A stretch of 64,000 nucleotides of DNA from an uncultured delta proteobacterium (GTDB lineage Bacteria; Myxococcota_A; UBA9160; SMWR01): assembly GCA_963832165.1 (NCBI GenBank), contig CAWHTE010000003.1:448001-512000 (forward strand). Reading direction: 5' to 3'. Below are positions 9,073 to 19,264 of this stretch, in pieces; within the stretch, counting starts at the first letter, position 1, and each line of letters opens with the position of its first letter. The position numbers and the translations under genes were made by a program. Below the pieces are notes generated by a model. The model was not told the DNA's origin, ran no database searches, and worked only from the letters and a program-made list of their open reading frames with translations.

Positions 9073-9088
9073 CGGCACGTCGTTTGCA
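9073..9088 (+). promoter_or_regulatory. Sigma-54 (-24/-12) promoter
   Basis: cGGCACGtcgtTTGCa with GG-N10-GC spacing, upstream of paralog 2. Confidence 0.7.
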
Positions 9089-9143
9089 CATTTGGGCGTG
9101 ACGGCGCAATCCGTGCGCCGTGCGATCGAACGGGGGAATCACC

Positions 9144-9506
9144 GTGAACAAGAACGCCCTCCGGACGCTTTGCGGACTGACGCTTCTCGGCGTGGCGCTG
9201 TCTGCCCCGAGCGTCCTCGCGGAACCGGCGCGGCCGAAGAAGCCCACCACGACGACCACCGCCACGATGAATCGGTCGGGATTCGTCAGCGAGCTCGGTC
9301 CGGACACGATCGTGATCCGGACGGCGACGTCGGTTCTGCCCTTCGCCTATCAGTCCACCGAGACCACGACGTTCGTGGACGGCGCCGGGAACCCCGTCCA
9401 GACGGACGTGGTGAAATCCGGCGCGGAGGTGACCATCTACTACTCCAAGTCCGGAGACAAGATGGTCGCCAGCAAGGTGGTCGTGAAGGAGACGCCTAGC
9501 GGCTAG
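9144..9506 (+). CDS. Small exported protein, paralog 2
   Basis: GTG start after GGGGGA; signal peptide; paralog of 8560-8931. Confidence 0.8.
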   Translation: MNKNALRTLCGLTLLGVALSAPSVLAEPARPKKPTTTTTATMNRSGFVSELGPDTIVIRTATSVLPFAYQSTETTTFVDGAGNPVQTDVVKSGAEVTIYYSKSGDKMVASKVVVKETPSG

Positions 9507-10474
9507 CCGCGCAGCAATCGCGCCGCGTCGAGCGCGCCGTAGGTGAAGATCACGTCGGCGCCCGCGCGCTTGAGCGAGAGCAGGCTCTCGAGCAGACAGC
9601 GGTCGTAGTCGAGCCAACCCCGCTCGGCCGCGGCGCGCAGCATCGCGTACTCGCCGCTCACGTGATAGGCGGCCACCGGCAGTGCCGTGTGATCGCGCAC
9701 CAGGCGGATGATGTCGGCGTAGACGAGGGCGGGCTTCACCATCACCCAGTCGGCACCCTCCGACTCGTCGAGCATCAGCTCGCGCAGCGCCTCGCGCGCG
9801 TTGGCCGGGTCCATCTGGTAGGTCTTCTTGTCGCCGCTGCGCGGCGCCGAGTCGAGCGCCTCGCGGAACGGTCCGTAGAACGCCGAGGCGTACTTCGTGC
9901 AGTAGCTGCCGATCCCGACTTCGGTGAAGCCCGCGCCGTCGAGCGCCTCGCGGATCGCGAGCACGCGGCCGTCCATCATGTCGGAGGGCGCCACGATGTC
10001 GGCGCCGGCCTCTGCGTGCGAGACCGCCATCGCGGCGAGGATCGGCAGCGTCTCGTCGTTGTCGATCCGCTCGCCGATCAGCACGCCGTCGTGGCCGTCC
10101 GACGAATAGGGGTCGAGCGCGACGTCCGTGATCACGAGCAGCTCGGGGTGAGCGGCCTTGAGCGCGCGCACGCTGCGCTGGAGCAGGCCGTCCGGCTTCG
10201 CGCATGCGCTGCCGCGCGGATCCTTTTCGGCGTCGGGGATCACCGGGAACAGCGCCACGCCCGGCACGCCCAGAGCGACGGCTTCCCCGGCCTTCTCGAC
10301 GAGCCGATCGATCGAGAGTCGCGCGTGACCCGGCATCGATTCGATCGGCGACGCGAGCCGCTCGCCCTCCTGCACGAACAGCGGCAGCACGAGGTCGTCG
10401 GGCGAGAGCTGGGTCTCGCGCACGAGGCGGCGCAGCACGGGATTCCGGCGATTGCGGCGCGGGCGGATCAACAC
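9503..10474 (-). CDS. hemB: Porphobilinogen synthase (delta-aminolevulinate dehydratase)
   Basis: DVALDPYSSDGHDG, APSDMMDGR, KYASAFYGPFR, YQMDP, MVKP, AYHVSGEY. Confidence 0.97.
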   Translation of the reverse strand: MLIRPRRNRRNPVLRRLVRETQLSPDDLVLPLFVQEGERLASPIESMPGHARLSIDRLVEKAGEAVALGVPGVALFPVIPDAEKDPRGSACAKPDGLLQRSVRALKAAHPELLVITDVALDPYSSDGHDGVLIGERIDNDETLPILAAMAVSHAEAGADIVAPSDMMDGRVLAIREALDGAGFTEVGIGSYCTKYASAFYGPFREALDSAPRSGDKKTYQMDPANAREALRELMLDESEGADWVMVKPALVYADIIRLVRDHTALPVAAYHVSGEYAMLRAAAERGWLDYDRCLLESLLSLKRAGADVIFTYGALDAARLLRG

Positions 10475-10488
10475 GCCGCCATGTTACC

Positions 10489-10923
10489 TCACGAAAAGTC
10501 CGCGTCGCTGAACTGGGCGAGCCGCTCGATCCACCACTTGGGCGCCTGCGACATCAGCGTGTTCAGGTCCCAGTAGTCGCGCCAGAGCGTGATCTTGCCT
10601 TTGCGCACCTCGTGGATCGTCACGAACGGGTTGGTGACCTTCTCGCCGGTCTCGAAGTGCCAGGTCTCGGTGTGCTCGATCACCACGGTGTCGCCGTCGG
10701 CCACCACGCGGTGGATCTCGTGCTCGAATCGCTGCACGGGGTCGAGCCCGAGCCGCAGCCGTTTCACGACATTCTCGGGTCCGACCGCGCCTTCGTCGGG
10801 CGTCGGCACGTCCTCGTAGAAGCCGTGCTCGTCGATCAGCGACGCCACACCTTCCCAGTCCTTCTGGTAGAGGCAGTTCCACATCCGATGGACGATCTCG
10901 CGATTGCTCTGCTGCTGGCTCAT
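10489..10923 (-). CDS. NTF2/SnoaL-like protein (limonene-1,2-epoxide hydrolase-like)
   Basis: YEDVP, VADGDTVVIEH, GKITLWRDYWD. Confidence 0.85.
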   Translation of the reverse strand: MSQQQSNREIVHRMWNCLYQKDWEGVASLIDEHGFYEDVPTPDEGAVGPENVVKRLRLGLDPVQRFEHEIHRVVADGDTVVIEHTETWHFETGEKVTNPFVTIHEVRKGKITLWRDYWDLNTLMSQAPKWWIERLAQFSDADFS

Positions 10924-10938
10924 GCGGCCCTCCGCTGT

Positions 10939-12351
10939 CTAGTTACTCGGCCCGTCGTCGCGGTGCCAGACCAGATCTCCAGCGCACCACGTGGCGCGCA
11001 CGCCGTCGCTCGAGAGTCGCACGCGCGCGTCGCGCCACGGGCGGTCGAGCAGGCACAGGTCTGCGGGTGCCCCGATCGCGACGGTGCGTGCGGGCCCGCC
11101 GGGATCGCAGAGCGGCGCCGCGTAGAGCGCGAGCGCCTGCTCGGGCGAGACCGCTTCACCGGGGCCGAGCGTCGCCCCGTCGCCTGTCGTGCGGCTCACC
11201 GCCGCCGCCATCGCGCGCCAGGGATCCGGCGAGCCGTAGGGCGCGTCGCTGCCCGCCGCGAGCGGCACTCCGGCCGCGAGCCAGCCGCGCGCGCGGTAGA
11301 GCCACGGCAGGTCTTCGGGATCGACATCGCGGCGGTAGTCGTCGCCGCGTTCCGCGAGAAAGTGCGGCTGCGTGACGACGCGCAGCCCCAGCTGCGCGGC
11401 GAGCGCGACGAGCTCGGGCGGCGCGACGGACGCGTGCTCGAGCCGGTCGCCGGGGCGCGTCCCCGCGTCGCGGAGTGCGGCCGCTGCGAACATCCCCTGC
11501 GCGCGTGTGACGCAGTGAACGGCGAAGCTTCGACCCGCACCGTGGGCGGCGCGGATCCGCGCGCAGAAGTCGTCGAAGTCGGGCAAGAGCGTCTCGTCGA
11601 GCAGGGCCTTCACCGCGCCGCGCGCCACGCGCGCCGAGCCGGGCTCGGGCAGATCCGGCTCACCCATCACCAGCAGCTGCTGCGGCAGCGCTCCGCGCTC
11701 GGCGGCGTCGCAGAGTCGGCGCAGCGCGGCCGCGTCGTTCCCGGCGCTCGCGTCGGTCGCGCCCGTCACGCCGAACGACGCGAGCTGCGCGCCCACGCCG
11801 GCGAGGTCGGGTGCCTCGCCGCGCACCTGCTCGCGCAGCCACGCGTCGGCGCGGAAGAGCCGCCCCGTGACGCGGCCGCGCGGATCGCGCTCGGCGCCCT
11901 CGGGCCAGACCGCCCCCGCGCGTTCGAGCTCGGCCACGCCGGCCGAGTTGAGCACCCAGAGAGCGCCGGTGCGGTGCTGTACGCGCAGCGGCCGATCCGC
12001 GACCCACGCGTCGAGGCGATCGCGGTCGAGCGGTCCCGCCACCGACTCGTGATAGGCGACGCCGCGCAGCCAGCCGCGCCCGCGCTCGGACGCGTGGCGC
12101 AGCGCCGCCGCGAGCTGATCGGCGGTCGCGACCGCGGGCGGGCCGCACGCGATCGACGTCTGCGCGGCGGCGAGCGCGTGCAGGTGTACGTGGTGGTCGT
12201 GCAGGCCCGGGATCAGCGCGCCGCCGCGCGCCTCGAGCACGGGCTCATCGGCCTGCCGCGCCAGTGCAGCGCCGATCTGCGCGATCCGACCGCGCGTCAC
12301 CCGCACATCGAGCGGTGCGCGCCCGTCGATCTCGGCGCCGCGGATCAGCAC
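10939..12351 (-). CDS. Amidohydrolase family protein (amidohydrolase 3)
   Basis: LIPGLHDHHVH, AVHC, RLEHA, AGSDAP; GTG start overlaps the upstream stop. Confidence 0.88.
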   Translation of the reverse strand: MLIRGAEIDGRAPLDVRVTRGRIAQIGAALARQADEPVLEARGGALIPGLHDHHVHLHALAAAQTSIACGPPAVATADQLAAALRHASERGRGWLRGVAYHESVAGPLDRDRLDAWVADRPLRVQHRTGALWVLNSAGVAELERAGAVWPEGAERDPRGRVTGRLFRADAWLREQVRGEAPDLAGVGAQLASFGVTGATDASAGNDAAALRRLCDAAERGALPQQLLVMGEPDLPEPGSARVARGAVKALLDETLLPDFDDFCARIRAAHGAGRSFAVHCVTRAQGMFAAAALRDAGTRPGDRLEHASVAPPELVALAAQLGLRVVTQPHFLAERGDDYRRDVDPEDLPWLYRARGWLAAGVPLAAGSDAPYGSPDPWRAMAAAVSRTTGDGATLGPGEAVSPEQALALYAAPLCDPGGPARTVAIGAPADLCLLDRPWRDARVRLSSDGVRATWCAGDLVWHRDDGPSN

Positions 12352-13709
12352 GCGAGCTCCCGCCGCAACGCCTCGGTGTCGGCGCCCGCCGCACGAGCAC
12401 TCGCGGGCGCGCAGCGCGCGCGCGGCGCGGCCACCGGAGCCTCGTCGCCGCCGACCGCGACGCGCGCGCGATCCGCGGCCCCTGATACCTCGCACTCGCC
12501 GCTCGGCGCGAATGCGAGCGCGTGTGCGGTCACGTCGCAGAGCGCGAGGTCGAGCAGCACGCCGCCGCCCGCGCGCCAGCTCGCCCAGGTGGCGACGGCC
12601 GCGTGCAGCCCCGTGAGCGGATCCGCGATCGCATCGCCACAGAACAGCGGCCCGTCTTCATCGGCGACCGCGTGCGCCGCACCCGCGGCCACGGCGGCGT
12701 CGTCGCCGAACGCGACGCGGCCGGGCGGTGCGTCGGTGCGCCCGTAGCCCGTGATGCTCGTCCACACGCGGCCCGTGCGCGCGGCCACGAACGCTTCGGC
12801 GTCGATCCCGAGCTGGGCGAGCGCGCGCGGTCGCGCGCTCTCGATCACGACGTCCGCGGACGCGATCAGCGCGTCGAGCAGCGCCGCGTCGCGCGCGTCG
12901 CGGAAGTCGAGCACGGCGCTGCGCTTGCGCGCGTTCAACACGGCGTAGAACCGGGGCTCGCCCGCGCGCGCGCCGTCGAGCCGCTGCGCGCTCTCGATCT
13001 TGATCACGTCCGCGCCCGCGTCGGCGAGCAGCTCGGCGCACAGCGGGCCTGCCCAGAGCGCGGAGAAATCGAGCACGCGCGGCGCGCGGCGCGGCGGCTC
13101 GCCGCGCGGGCCGCACGCGGCCGCGCGGACCCAGCTCGGTGAGCCCAAGGGCGCCGGCGCGGCCGGTGCGAACGCGAGCCCGAGCCAGCGCGCGCGCTCG
13201 GCGAGCCATGCGAGCGGGCGCCGCGGAAGCTCGCGCGCCGCGAGCTCCCAGTCCCACCCCGCGCCCAACTCCACCTCGAGCCATGCGGGCAGCGCGCGCC
13301 GGTCGTCGTCGCGCGCGAGTGTCAGTGCGGCCCAGCCGTCGGCGGCGCGCAGCAGTCGGCAGGCTCCGCCCGGCGCGACGCGCCCGCGGCGCTCGAGACC
13401 GAACAGCGCCGCGCGCTCCGCGAGCAGCCCGGCGGGATCTTCCGGCGCGCGCGCGCCCAGCGCCGCGAGCGCGCGACCCGCACCAGCCGCGCACGAGGCG
13501 AGCGCACCGCACGGCACGCGCGGCAGGGCTTCGGGCCTGCCCGTGAGCGCCATGGCGCCGCTCTCGGCCCACGCGAGCGCGGGGTGGCGATCGTCGGGGC
13601 CCGGCCTCGATGCGACCCGCAGGCCGAGATCTGCGAGCAACCGGCGCGCGTAATCCGACGCCGCGCCCGTACCCGCCACCTCGACGCGCTCGGACGGGGG
13701 GCTCGCCAC
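12345..13709 (-). CDS. CoA transferase (CaiB/BaiF family III)
   Basis: RVLDFSALWAGPLC, GADVIKIES, NARKRS, ITGYG, AIADPLTG. Confidence 0.88.
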   Translation of the reverse strand: MASPPSERVEVAGTGAASDYARRLLADLGLRVASRPGPDDRHPALAWAESGAMALTGRPEALPRVPCGALASCAAGAGRALAALGARAPEDPAGLLAERAALFGLERRGRVAPGGACRLLRAADGWAALTLARDDDRRALPAWLEVELGAGWDWELAARELPRRPLAWLAERARWLGLAFAPAAPAPLGSPSWVRAAACGPRGEPPRRAPRVLDFSALWAGPLCAELLADAGADVIKIESAQRLDGARAGEPRFYAVLNARKRSAVLDFRDARDAALLDALIASADVVIESARPRALAQLGIDAEAFVAARTGRVWTSITGYGRTDAPPGRVAFGDDAAVAAGAAHAVADEDGPLFCGDAIADPLTGLHAAVATWASWRAGGGVLLDLALCDVTAHALAFAPSGECEVSGAADRARVAVGGDEAPVAAPRARCAPASARAAGADTEALRRELAC

Positions 13710-13776
13710 GGCCGCGATTCTACCGGAGTGGTGTAAATTGCCCGGTCGCAACCCGCGTCTCGAGGAACGAACCCCC

Positions 13777-14085
13777 ATGCCCCAACTCAAGCCCGGCACC
13801 CGCATCAAGAGCGCCGTGTGCGCGACGGAATTGATGGTGATCCAGGCCCCCGCCGGCGACACGGACGTGCGCTGTGGCGGTGCGCCGATGCTCGGGATGA
13901 GCGATCCCAAGCCCGAGCGTGCGATCGACCCCAACCTCAAGGCGGGCAGCCAGATCGGCAAGCGCTACGTGGACATGGGCGGGACGATCGAGCTCCTGTG
14001 CACGAAACCCGGCGAGGGCACGCTTGCACTCGGCGACGCGCCGCTCGTGCTCAAGGAAGCCAAGCCGCTGCCCGCGTCGGATTAG
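13777..14085 (+). CDS. Small hypothetical protein with an internal duplication (desulforedoxin-like pattern)
   Basis: GAGGA RBS; two similar halves GTRIKSAVCATELMV...CGGAPM and GKRYVD..GTIELLC..GEGTL..GDAPL. Confidence 0.75.
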   Translation: MPQLKPGTRIKSAVCATELMVIQAPAGDTDVRCGGAPMLGMSDPKPERAIDPNLKAGSQIGKRYVDMGGTIELLCTKPGEGTLALGDAPLVLKEAKPLPASD

Positions 14086-14091
14086 TCGCGC

Positions 14092-15144
14092 ATGGCGAGC
14101 ACACCGTTCCGTGTCTCGCCGCGACCCGCCACTCCGATCCTGTCGCTCGCGAGAGCGATCGAGCGCCTGCAGACGCCGGACGTGTACGAGGCCTACTCGC
14201 CGCTCACGGGCGAGCCGCTGTTCGCAGTCGACCTCGGCGCGGAGACGCGCTGGCCCGAGGAGATCGCGCTCGCGGTCGCGCGCGAGGCGCTCGCCGAGCT
14301 GCCGTGCCCGTCGATCGCGCTCGCGCAGGGCCTGCTCGCACCGGCCGCGGAAGCGCTACTCGCCGAGTTCGACACGGTCGTGGCGACGCCGCAGGAGCTC
14401 GAGCTCGTGGCGGACGGCGTGTTCGGGCATCCGCTGGCGGCGCAGGCGCTCGCGCAGCTGTTGCGCCTCTCGGCCGGAAGCTCGGTGCACGAGGGCCTCG
14501 TGGCCGAATCGCTCGTGTACTCGACGCTCCAATCGGGCCCCGAGTTCGCAGCGTGGCTCGCTGCGCGCCCCGACCCGAAGCCGCGCCCGCAGCCCGACGG
14601 TCCCGCGGTGCGCATCGATCGCGTCGAGGGGCGTCTCGAGCTCTGGCTCAATCGGCCCGAGAAGCGCAACGCATTCTCCGCCGAGATGCGCGATGCGCTC
14701 TGCGAGGGACTCGCGCTCGCGGTGATGGACCGCAGCGTCGAACGCATCTCGCTGCGCGGCGAGGGGCCGGTGTTCTGCAGCGGCGGCGATCTCGACGAGT
14801 TCGGCACGCTGCCCGATCCGTCCACCGCGCACGCGATCCGCTCCACGCGCCATCCCGCGCGCCTGCTGCACGCGCTCGAGCCCCGCGTCGACTGCGTGGT
14901 GCACGGTACCTGCGTGGGCGCGGGCGCCGAGCTGCCCGCGTTCGCCACGCGCGTCGTCGCGCGCCCCGACGCCTCGTTCCGGCTGCCCGAGCTCTCGATG
15001 GGGCTCGTGCCGGGCGCTGGGGGCACCGTGAGCCTGCCGCGCCGGATCGGCCGCCAGCGCACGGCGTGGCTCGCGCTCACGGGCGCTGCGATCGACGTCG
15101 AAACCGCGCTCTCGTGGCGCCTCGTGGACTCGATCGCCGAGTAG
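14092..15144 (+). CDS. Enoyl-CoA hydratase/isomerase family protein with an N-terminal extension
   Basis: LNRPEKRNA, FCSGGDL, CVGAGAEL, LPELSMGLVPGAGGT. Confidence 0.88.
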   Translation: MASTPFRVSPRPATPILSLARAIERLQTPDVYEAYSPLTGEPLFAVDLGAETRWPEEIALAVAREALAELPCPSIALAQGLLAPAAEALLAEFDTVVATPQELELVADGVFGHPLAAQALAQLLRLSAGSSVHEGLVAESLVYSTLQSGPEFAAWLAARPDPKPRPQPDGPAVRIDRVEGRLELWLNRPEKRNAFSAEMRDALCEGLALAVMDRSVERISLRGEGPVFCSGGDLDEFGTLPDPSTAHAIRSTRHPARLLHALEPRVDCVVHGTCVGAGAELPAFATRVVARPDASFRLPELSMGLVPGAGGTVSLPRRIGRQRTAWLALTGAAIDVETALSWRLVDSIAE

Positions 15145-15159
15145 CAGGGGAGCCGCCCG

Positions 15160-16827
15160 TTGAACGATCGATCGAATGCTGGTTCCGCGCCCACCGGCCG
15201 CGGCCAGAGCGAGTGGATGGTCATCGGAGCGTCGTCGCTCGGCACGATGTTCGAGTGGTACGACTTCTTCCTCTACGGCTCGCTCGCCGCCAACATCGCG
15301 AGCCAGTTCTTCTCTGCCGCCAACGAGACGAGTGCGTTCATCTTCGCGCTGGCTGCATTCGCCGCGGGGTTCCTCGTGCGCCCGTTCGGCGCTCTCGTGT
15401 TCGGGCGCATCGGCGACGTCGTCGGCCGCAAGAGCACGTTCCTGGTCACGATGGCGATCATGGGGTTCGCGACGTTCCTGGTCGGGCTGCTGCCGAGCTA
15501 TGCGCAGATCGGCATGGCGGCACCGATCGTGCTCGTCGGTCTGCGGCTGTTGCAGGGGCTCGCGCTCGGCGGCGAGTACGGCGGCGCGGCGATCTACGTC
15601 GCCGAGCACGCGCCGCCCCACCGGCGCGGCTTCTACACGAGCTGGATCAACGCGATGGCGACGGCGGGTCTGCTGCTCTCGCTGCTCGTGATCATGGCCA
15701 CACGCGCGAGCATGAGCGTGGGTGACTTCGCGGCGTGGGGGTGGCGCATCCCGTTCCTCGCATCGGCGCTGCTGCTCGGGATCTCGCTGTGGATCCGCCT
15801 GCGGCTCGAGGAGAGCCCGGTCTTCCGACGCATGAAGGCCGAGGCCACCACATCGAAGGCGCCGCTCGCCGAAGCGTTCGGAAACTGGGGCAACGTGAAG
15901 CTCGTGCTCGCGGCGCTGTTCGGGGCGGTCGTGGGCTCGGCCACGATCTGGTACACGGGACAGTTCTACTCGCTGTTCTTTCTCGAGCGCGTTCTCAGAG
16001 TGGACGGGCTCACGGCGGCCGAGCTCGTGACGATCGCCCTCGCGCTCGCGGCGCCGTCGTATGTCTTCTTCGGCTGGCTCAGCGACCGGATCGGACGCAA
16101 GACCGTGATCATGACGGCGTTCGCGCTCGCCGTGCTCAGCTTCTTCCCGGCATTTCGTGTGCTGACCGAGGCGGCGAATCCGAAGCTCGCGCGCGCTCAG
16201 GAGTCAGCGCCCGTCGTCGTGCACGCGGATCCCGCGGCGTGCTCGTTCCAGTTCGATCCGGTGGGAGGCAACGCGTTCGACGAGCAATCGTGTGACGTCG
16301 CCAAGTCGTTCCTTTCCCAGGCGGGCGTCAGCTACGAGACCGCGCCCGTTGCGGCGGGCGTGGCCGCCCAGATCCACATCGGTGCCGTGGTGGTGAAGGC
16401 GCCAGAGCTCGGCGCCGTACCGCGCGACGAACGCCAGGCCGCCGTGAGCGCGTTCCGGGGCGAAGCGCGCGCTGCGCTCGACGCGGCCGGCTATCCCGCG
16501 ACGGCGGACGCGGACGAGATCAACCGGCCGCTCGTGGTCGCGATCGTGGCGTATCTCGCCATCATCGCCGCAATGGGTTATGCGCCGCTCGCCGCGCTCT
16601 TCGTCGAGCTGTTCCCGGCCCGCATCCGCTACACGTCGCTGTCGCTGCCGTACCACCTGGGAACGGGATGGGTCGGAGGGCTGCTCCCCACGACCGCATT
16701 CGCAGTCGTCGCGGCGACCGGCGATATCTATTCGGGCCTGTGGTATCCGATCGCGTTCGCGTCGCTCTCGCTGGTCGTGGGGCTCTGGGCGTTGCCCGAG
16801 ACGAACGGTCGCGACATCGACGCCTGA
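15160..16827 (+). CDS. MFS transporter (MHS metabolite:H+ symporter family)
   Basis: GTMFEWYDF, GRIGDVVGRK, GGEYGGA, WGWRIPF, LSDRIGRK, ELFPARIRY. Confidence 0.93.
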   Translation: MNDRSNAGSAPTGRGQSEWMVIGASSLGTMFEWYDFFLYGSLAANIASQFFSAANETSAFIFALAAFAAGFLVRPFGALVFGRIGDVVGRKSTFLVTMAIMGFATFLVGLLPSYAQIGMAAPIVLVGLRLLQGLALGGEYGGAAIYVAEHAPPHRRGFYTSWINAMATAGLLLSLLVIMATRASMSVGDFAAWGWRIPFLASALLLGISLWIRLRLEESPVFRRMKAEATTSKAPLAEAFGNWGNVKLVLAALFGAVVGSATIWYTGQFYSLFFLERVLRVDGLTAAELVTIALALAAPSYVFFGWLSDRIGRKTVIMTAFALAVLSFFPAFRVLTEAANPKLARAQESAPVVVHADPAACSFQFDPVGGNAFDEQSCDVAKSFLSQAGVSYETAPVAAGVAAQIHIGAVVVKAPELGAVPRDERQAAVSAFRGEARAALDAAGYPATADADEINRPLVVAIVAYLAIIAAMGYAPLAALFVELFPARIRYTSLSLPYHLGTGWVGGLLPTTAFAVVAATGDIYSGLWYPIAFASLSLVVGLWALPETNGRDIDA

Positions 16828-16828
16828 G

Positions 16829-19234
16829 CTACAGCCCGGTCGGGCGCGTCCCGATCACCTGCGCTGCCTCGAGCTCGTCGAGCTCTGCGTCGGCCAGGCC
16901 GAGCAGACCGCCCAGGATCTCGCGGTTGTGCTCGCCGAGCGTCGGCGCAGGGCTGCGCAGCCAGCGCTCGACGCTCGCGAAGCGGAACGGCGGCGCGCAG
17001 ATCGGATGCGTCCCCACGACGGGATGGGTGAGCGTCTCGTAGAAGCCGCGCGCGACGAGCTGCGGATGGCGGTAGGTGGTGCGCGGATCGACGACGGGCG
17101 CGGCGGGCACGCCCGCGGCGACGAGCTCCGCGACGGTGGACTCGAGCTCGCGCTCGGCGGCCCAGCGCGCGAGCTCGGCGTCGAGCAGGTCGTGCTGCGC
17201 GCGGCGTCCCGCGTGGTGCGCGAGCTCGGTGTTCTGCGCCCACGCAGGGCGCCCGAGCACGCCGATCAGCGCCTGCCACTGCGCGTCGCTCTCGATCGAG
17301 AGCGCGAGCCATTGCTCGCGCCCGCGGCACGCGTAGAGGTTCTGCGGGGCCGCGTGCGGCGCGCGGTTGCCCTCGCGCTGCAGCACGACGTCGTGCGCGC
17401 CGTGCTCGACGATCTGCTCCGCGGCCGCGTTGAGCGCGCCCTCGACCATCGTGCACTCGACGAGGTGGCCGGTGCCGGTCCGTTCGCGCTCGGCGAGCGC
17501 CACGAGCGTCGCGAACGCCGCGTGCGTGCCCGCGAGCGGGTCGCACGGGCCGCGCTGGATGCGCGGCTGGTCGTGCGGATGGCCGGTCAGCCACGCGAGC
17601 CCGGTGATCTGCTCCATCGTCTGCGCGAAGCCCACGTGATCGCGCCACGGTCCCGAGAGCCCGAACGCGGGCATGCGCACGAGGATCGTCGCGGGCGAGA
17701 GCGCGTGCACCGAATCCCAGTCGAGCCCGAACTGCTCGATCACGCGCGGCGAGAAGTTCTCAACGAACACGTCGCAGGACGCGATCAAGCGCTTGGCGAG
17801 CGCGAGCCCGCGCGCGTCGGCGAGGTTCAGCGTGAGGCCGCGCTTGTTGGTGTTCGCGGACAGGAAGATGTGGCTGTACTCCCACCAGCTCGGCACGTGG
17901 CCGATCAGCGCGCCGCCGACCATGCGCATGCCGTCGGGGCGCTGGATCGCCTCGAGGTGGATCACGTCGGCGCCGAGCACGGCGAGCATCCACGTCGCCG
18001 AGGGCCCGGCCCACCACGCGGTTGCGTCGAGCACGCGGATGCCCGCGAGCGGAAGTCCGTCGCCCGGCGCGCGCCGCGCGCCCGCGGGCGACGGGGCTGC
18101 GACAGGTGCTTCGATCGCGTCTGCGTGTGCTCGCCGAGGCGCGGGCGTCGGACGCGGCGGCGCGGGATCGCTGGTCGTCGATCCGGTAGGGCGGGCGCGG
18201 CTGCGCGAACCCGCCCGACGGGTTCTTCAGGAACACACCGCGCGCCGCGAAGTGCTCGTGCTCCTTCACGCTGCGCCCGTCGTGCACGGGCGCCACGGGG
18301 ATCCGCAGCAGCGCCGCGCGCTCGACGATCTCGGCCGTGGTGTGCTGCGTGGTCCACGCGCGCACGGCCGCGTTCCACTCGTCCATGCGCGCCCAGCGGC
18401 CGGTGATCTTCGCGAGCTCCTCGTCCTCGAGCAGATCGGTTCGCTCGATCAGGAGCAGGAAGTCGCGGTACTGCTGACGCGAGTTGGTGTTGAAGCCGAC
18501 CCAGCCGTCCTTCGTGGGCTCGATCGACGGCAGCTCGATGCTGCGAGCCGGCGTGCCCGCGACGTCGGGCCGGCCGAGCATGCTGTTGAGCAGGTCGGTG
18601 TACATCGTGCCCGCGATGTTCATCACCTCGAGCAGCGAGAAGTCGACGTGCTCGCCGAGCCCGTGCGCGCGCGCGCGACGCATGCGCGGCGAGCGCCGCC
18701 ACCGCCGCGAACGTGCCACCCACCCACTCGGTGGTGCGCCCGCCGGCCATCACGGGCGGCTGCGAGGCGAGCCCGCGCGTTGCGATCGAGCCCGCATTCG
18801 GCCTGGATCGTGAACTCGGTCGAGGCGCGCCCCGCGTACGGCCCCGTGCGCCCGAACGGCGTGATCGAGAGCACGACGAGTCCCGGATGCCGCTCGGAGA
18901 GGCTGGCCGCGCCGAGCAGGTCCTGCTCGAACGACTCGACCACGAGATGCGCGTCGGCGACGAGCGCTTCCACCCGCGCGTCGCCGGGAGCGCCGACGAC
19001 CGAGCGCTTTCCCGCTGCCAGGAACTGGAACAGCGGCCCATCGCGCCCGGCGAGCTCGACGCCGCTCGCGGTGAACCTGCGCAGCGGGTCGCCGCCGGGC
19101 GGCTCCACCTTCACCACATCGGCGCCCGCGTCGCAGAAGAGCTTCGCCGTGTAGCCGCCCGCGATCCCGGTCGAGAGATCGATCACGCGCAGGTCGCGCA
19201 GTCCGTGCAATGCAGGTGCTCCTTCGCGGAGCAT
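16829..19234 (-). pseudogene. Double-domain CaiB/BaiF CoA transferase, broken by at least 4 frameshifts in this assembly
   Basis: Segments in three frames: RVIDLSTGIAG/GADVVKVEPPGGDPLR; GGTFAAVAALAA; GEHVDFSLLE; PRLGEHT; RVLDATAWWAGP...APTLGEHN. Shifts near 18792, 18684 and 18170-18120. Start may be TTG 19210. Confidence 0.8.
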
Positions 19235-19264
19235 TCTACGCCGCGCCGGCGTGGTTGGCCGTGG

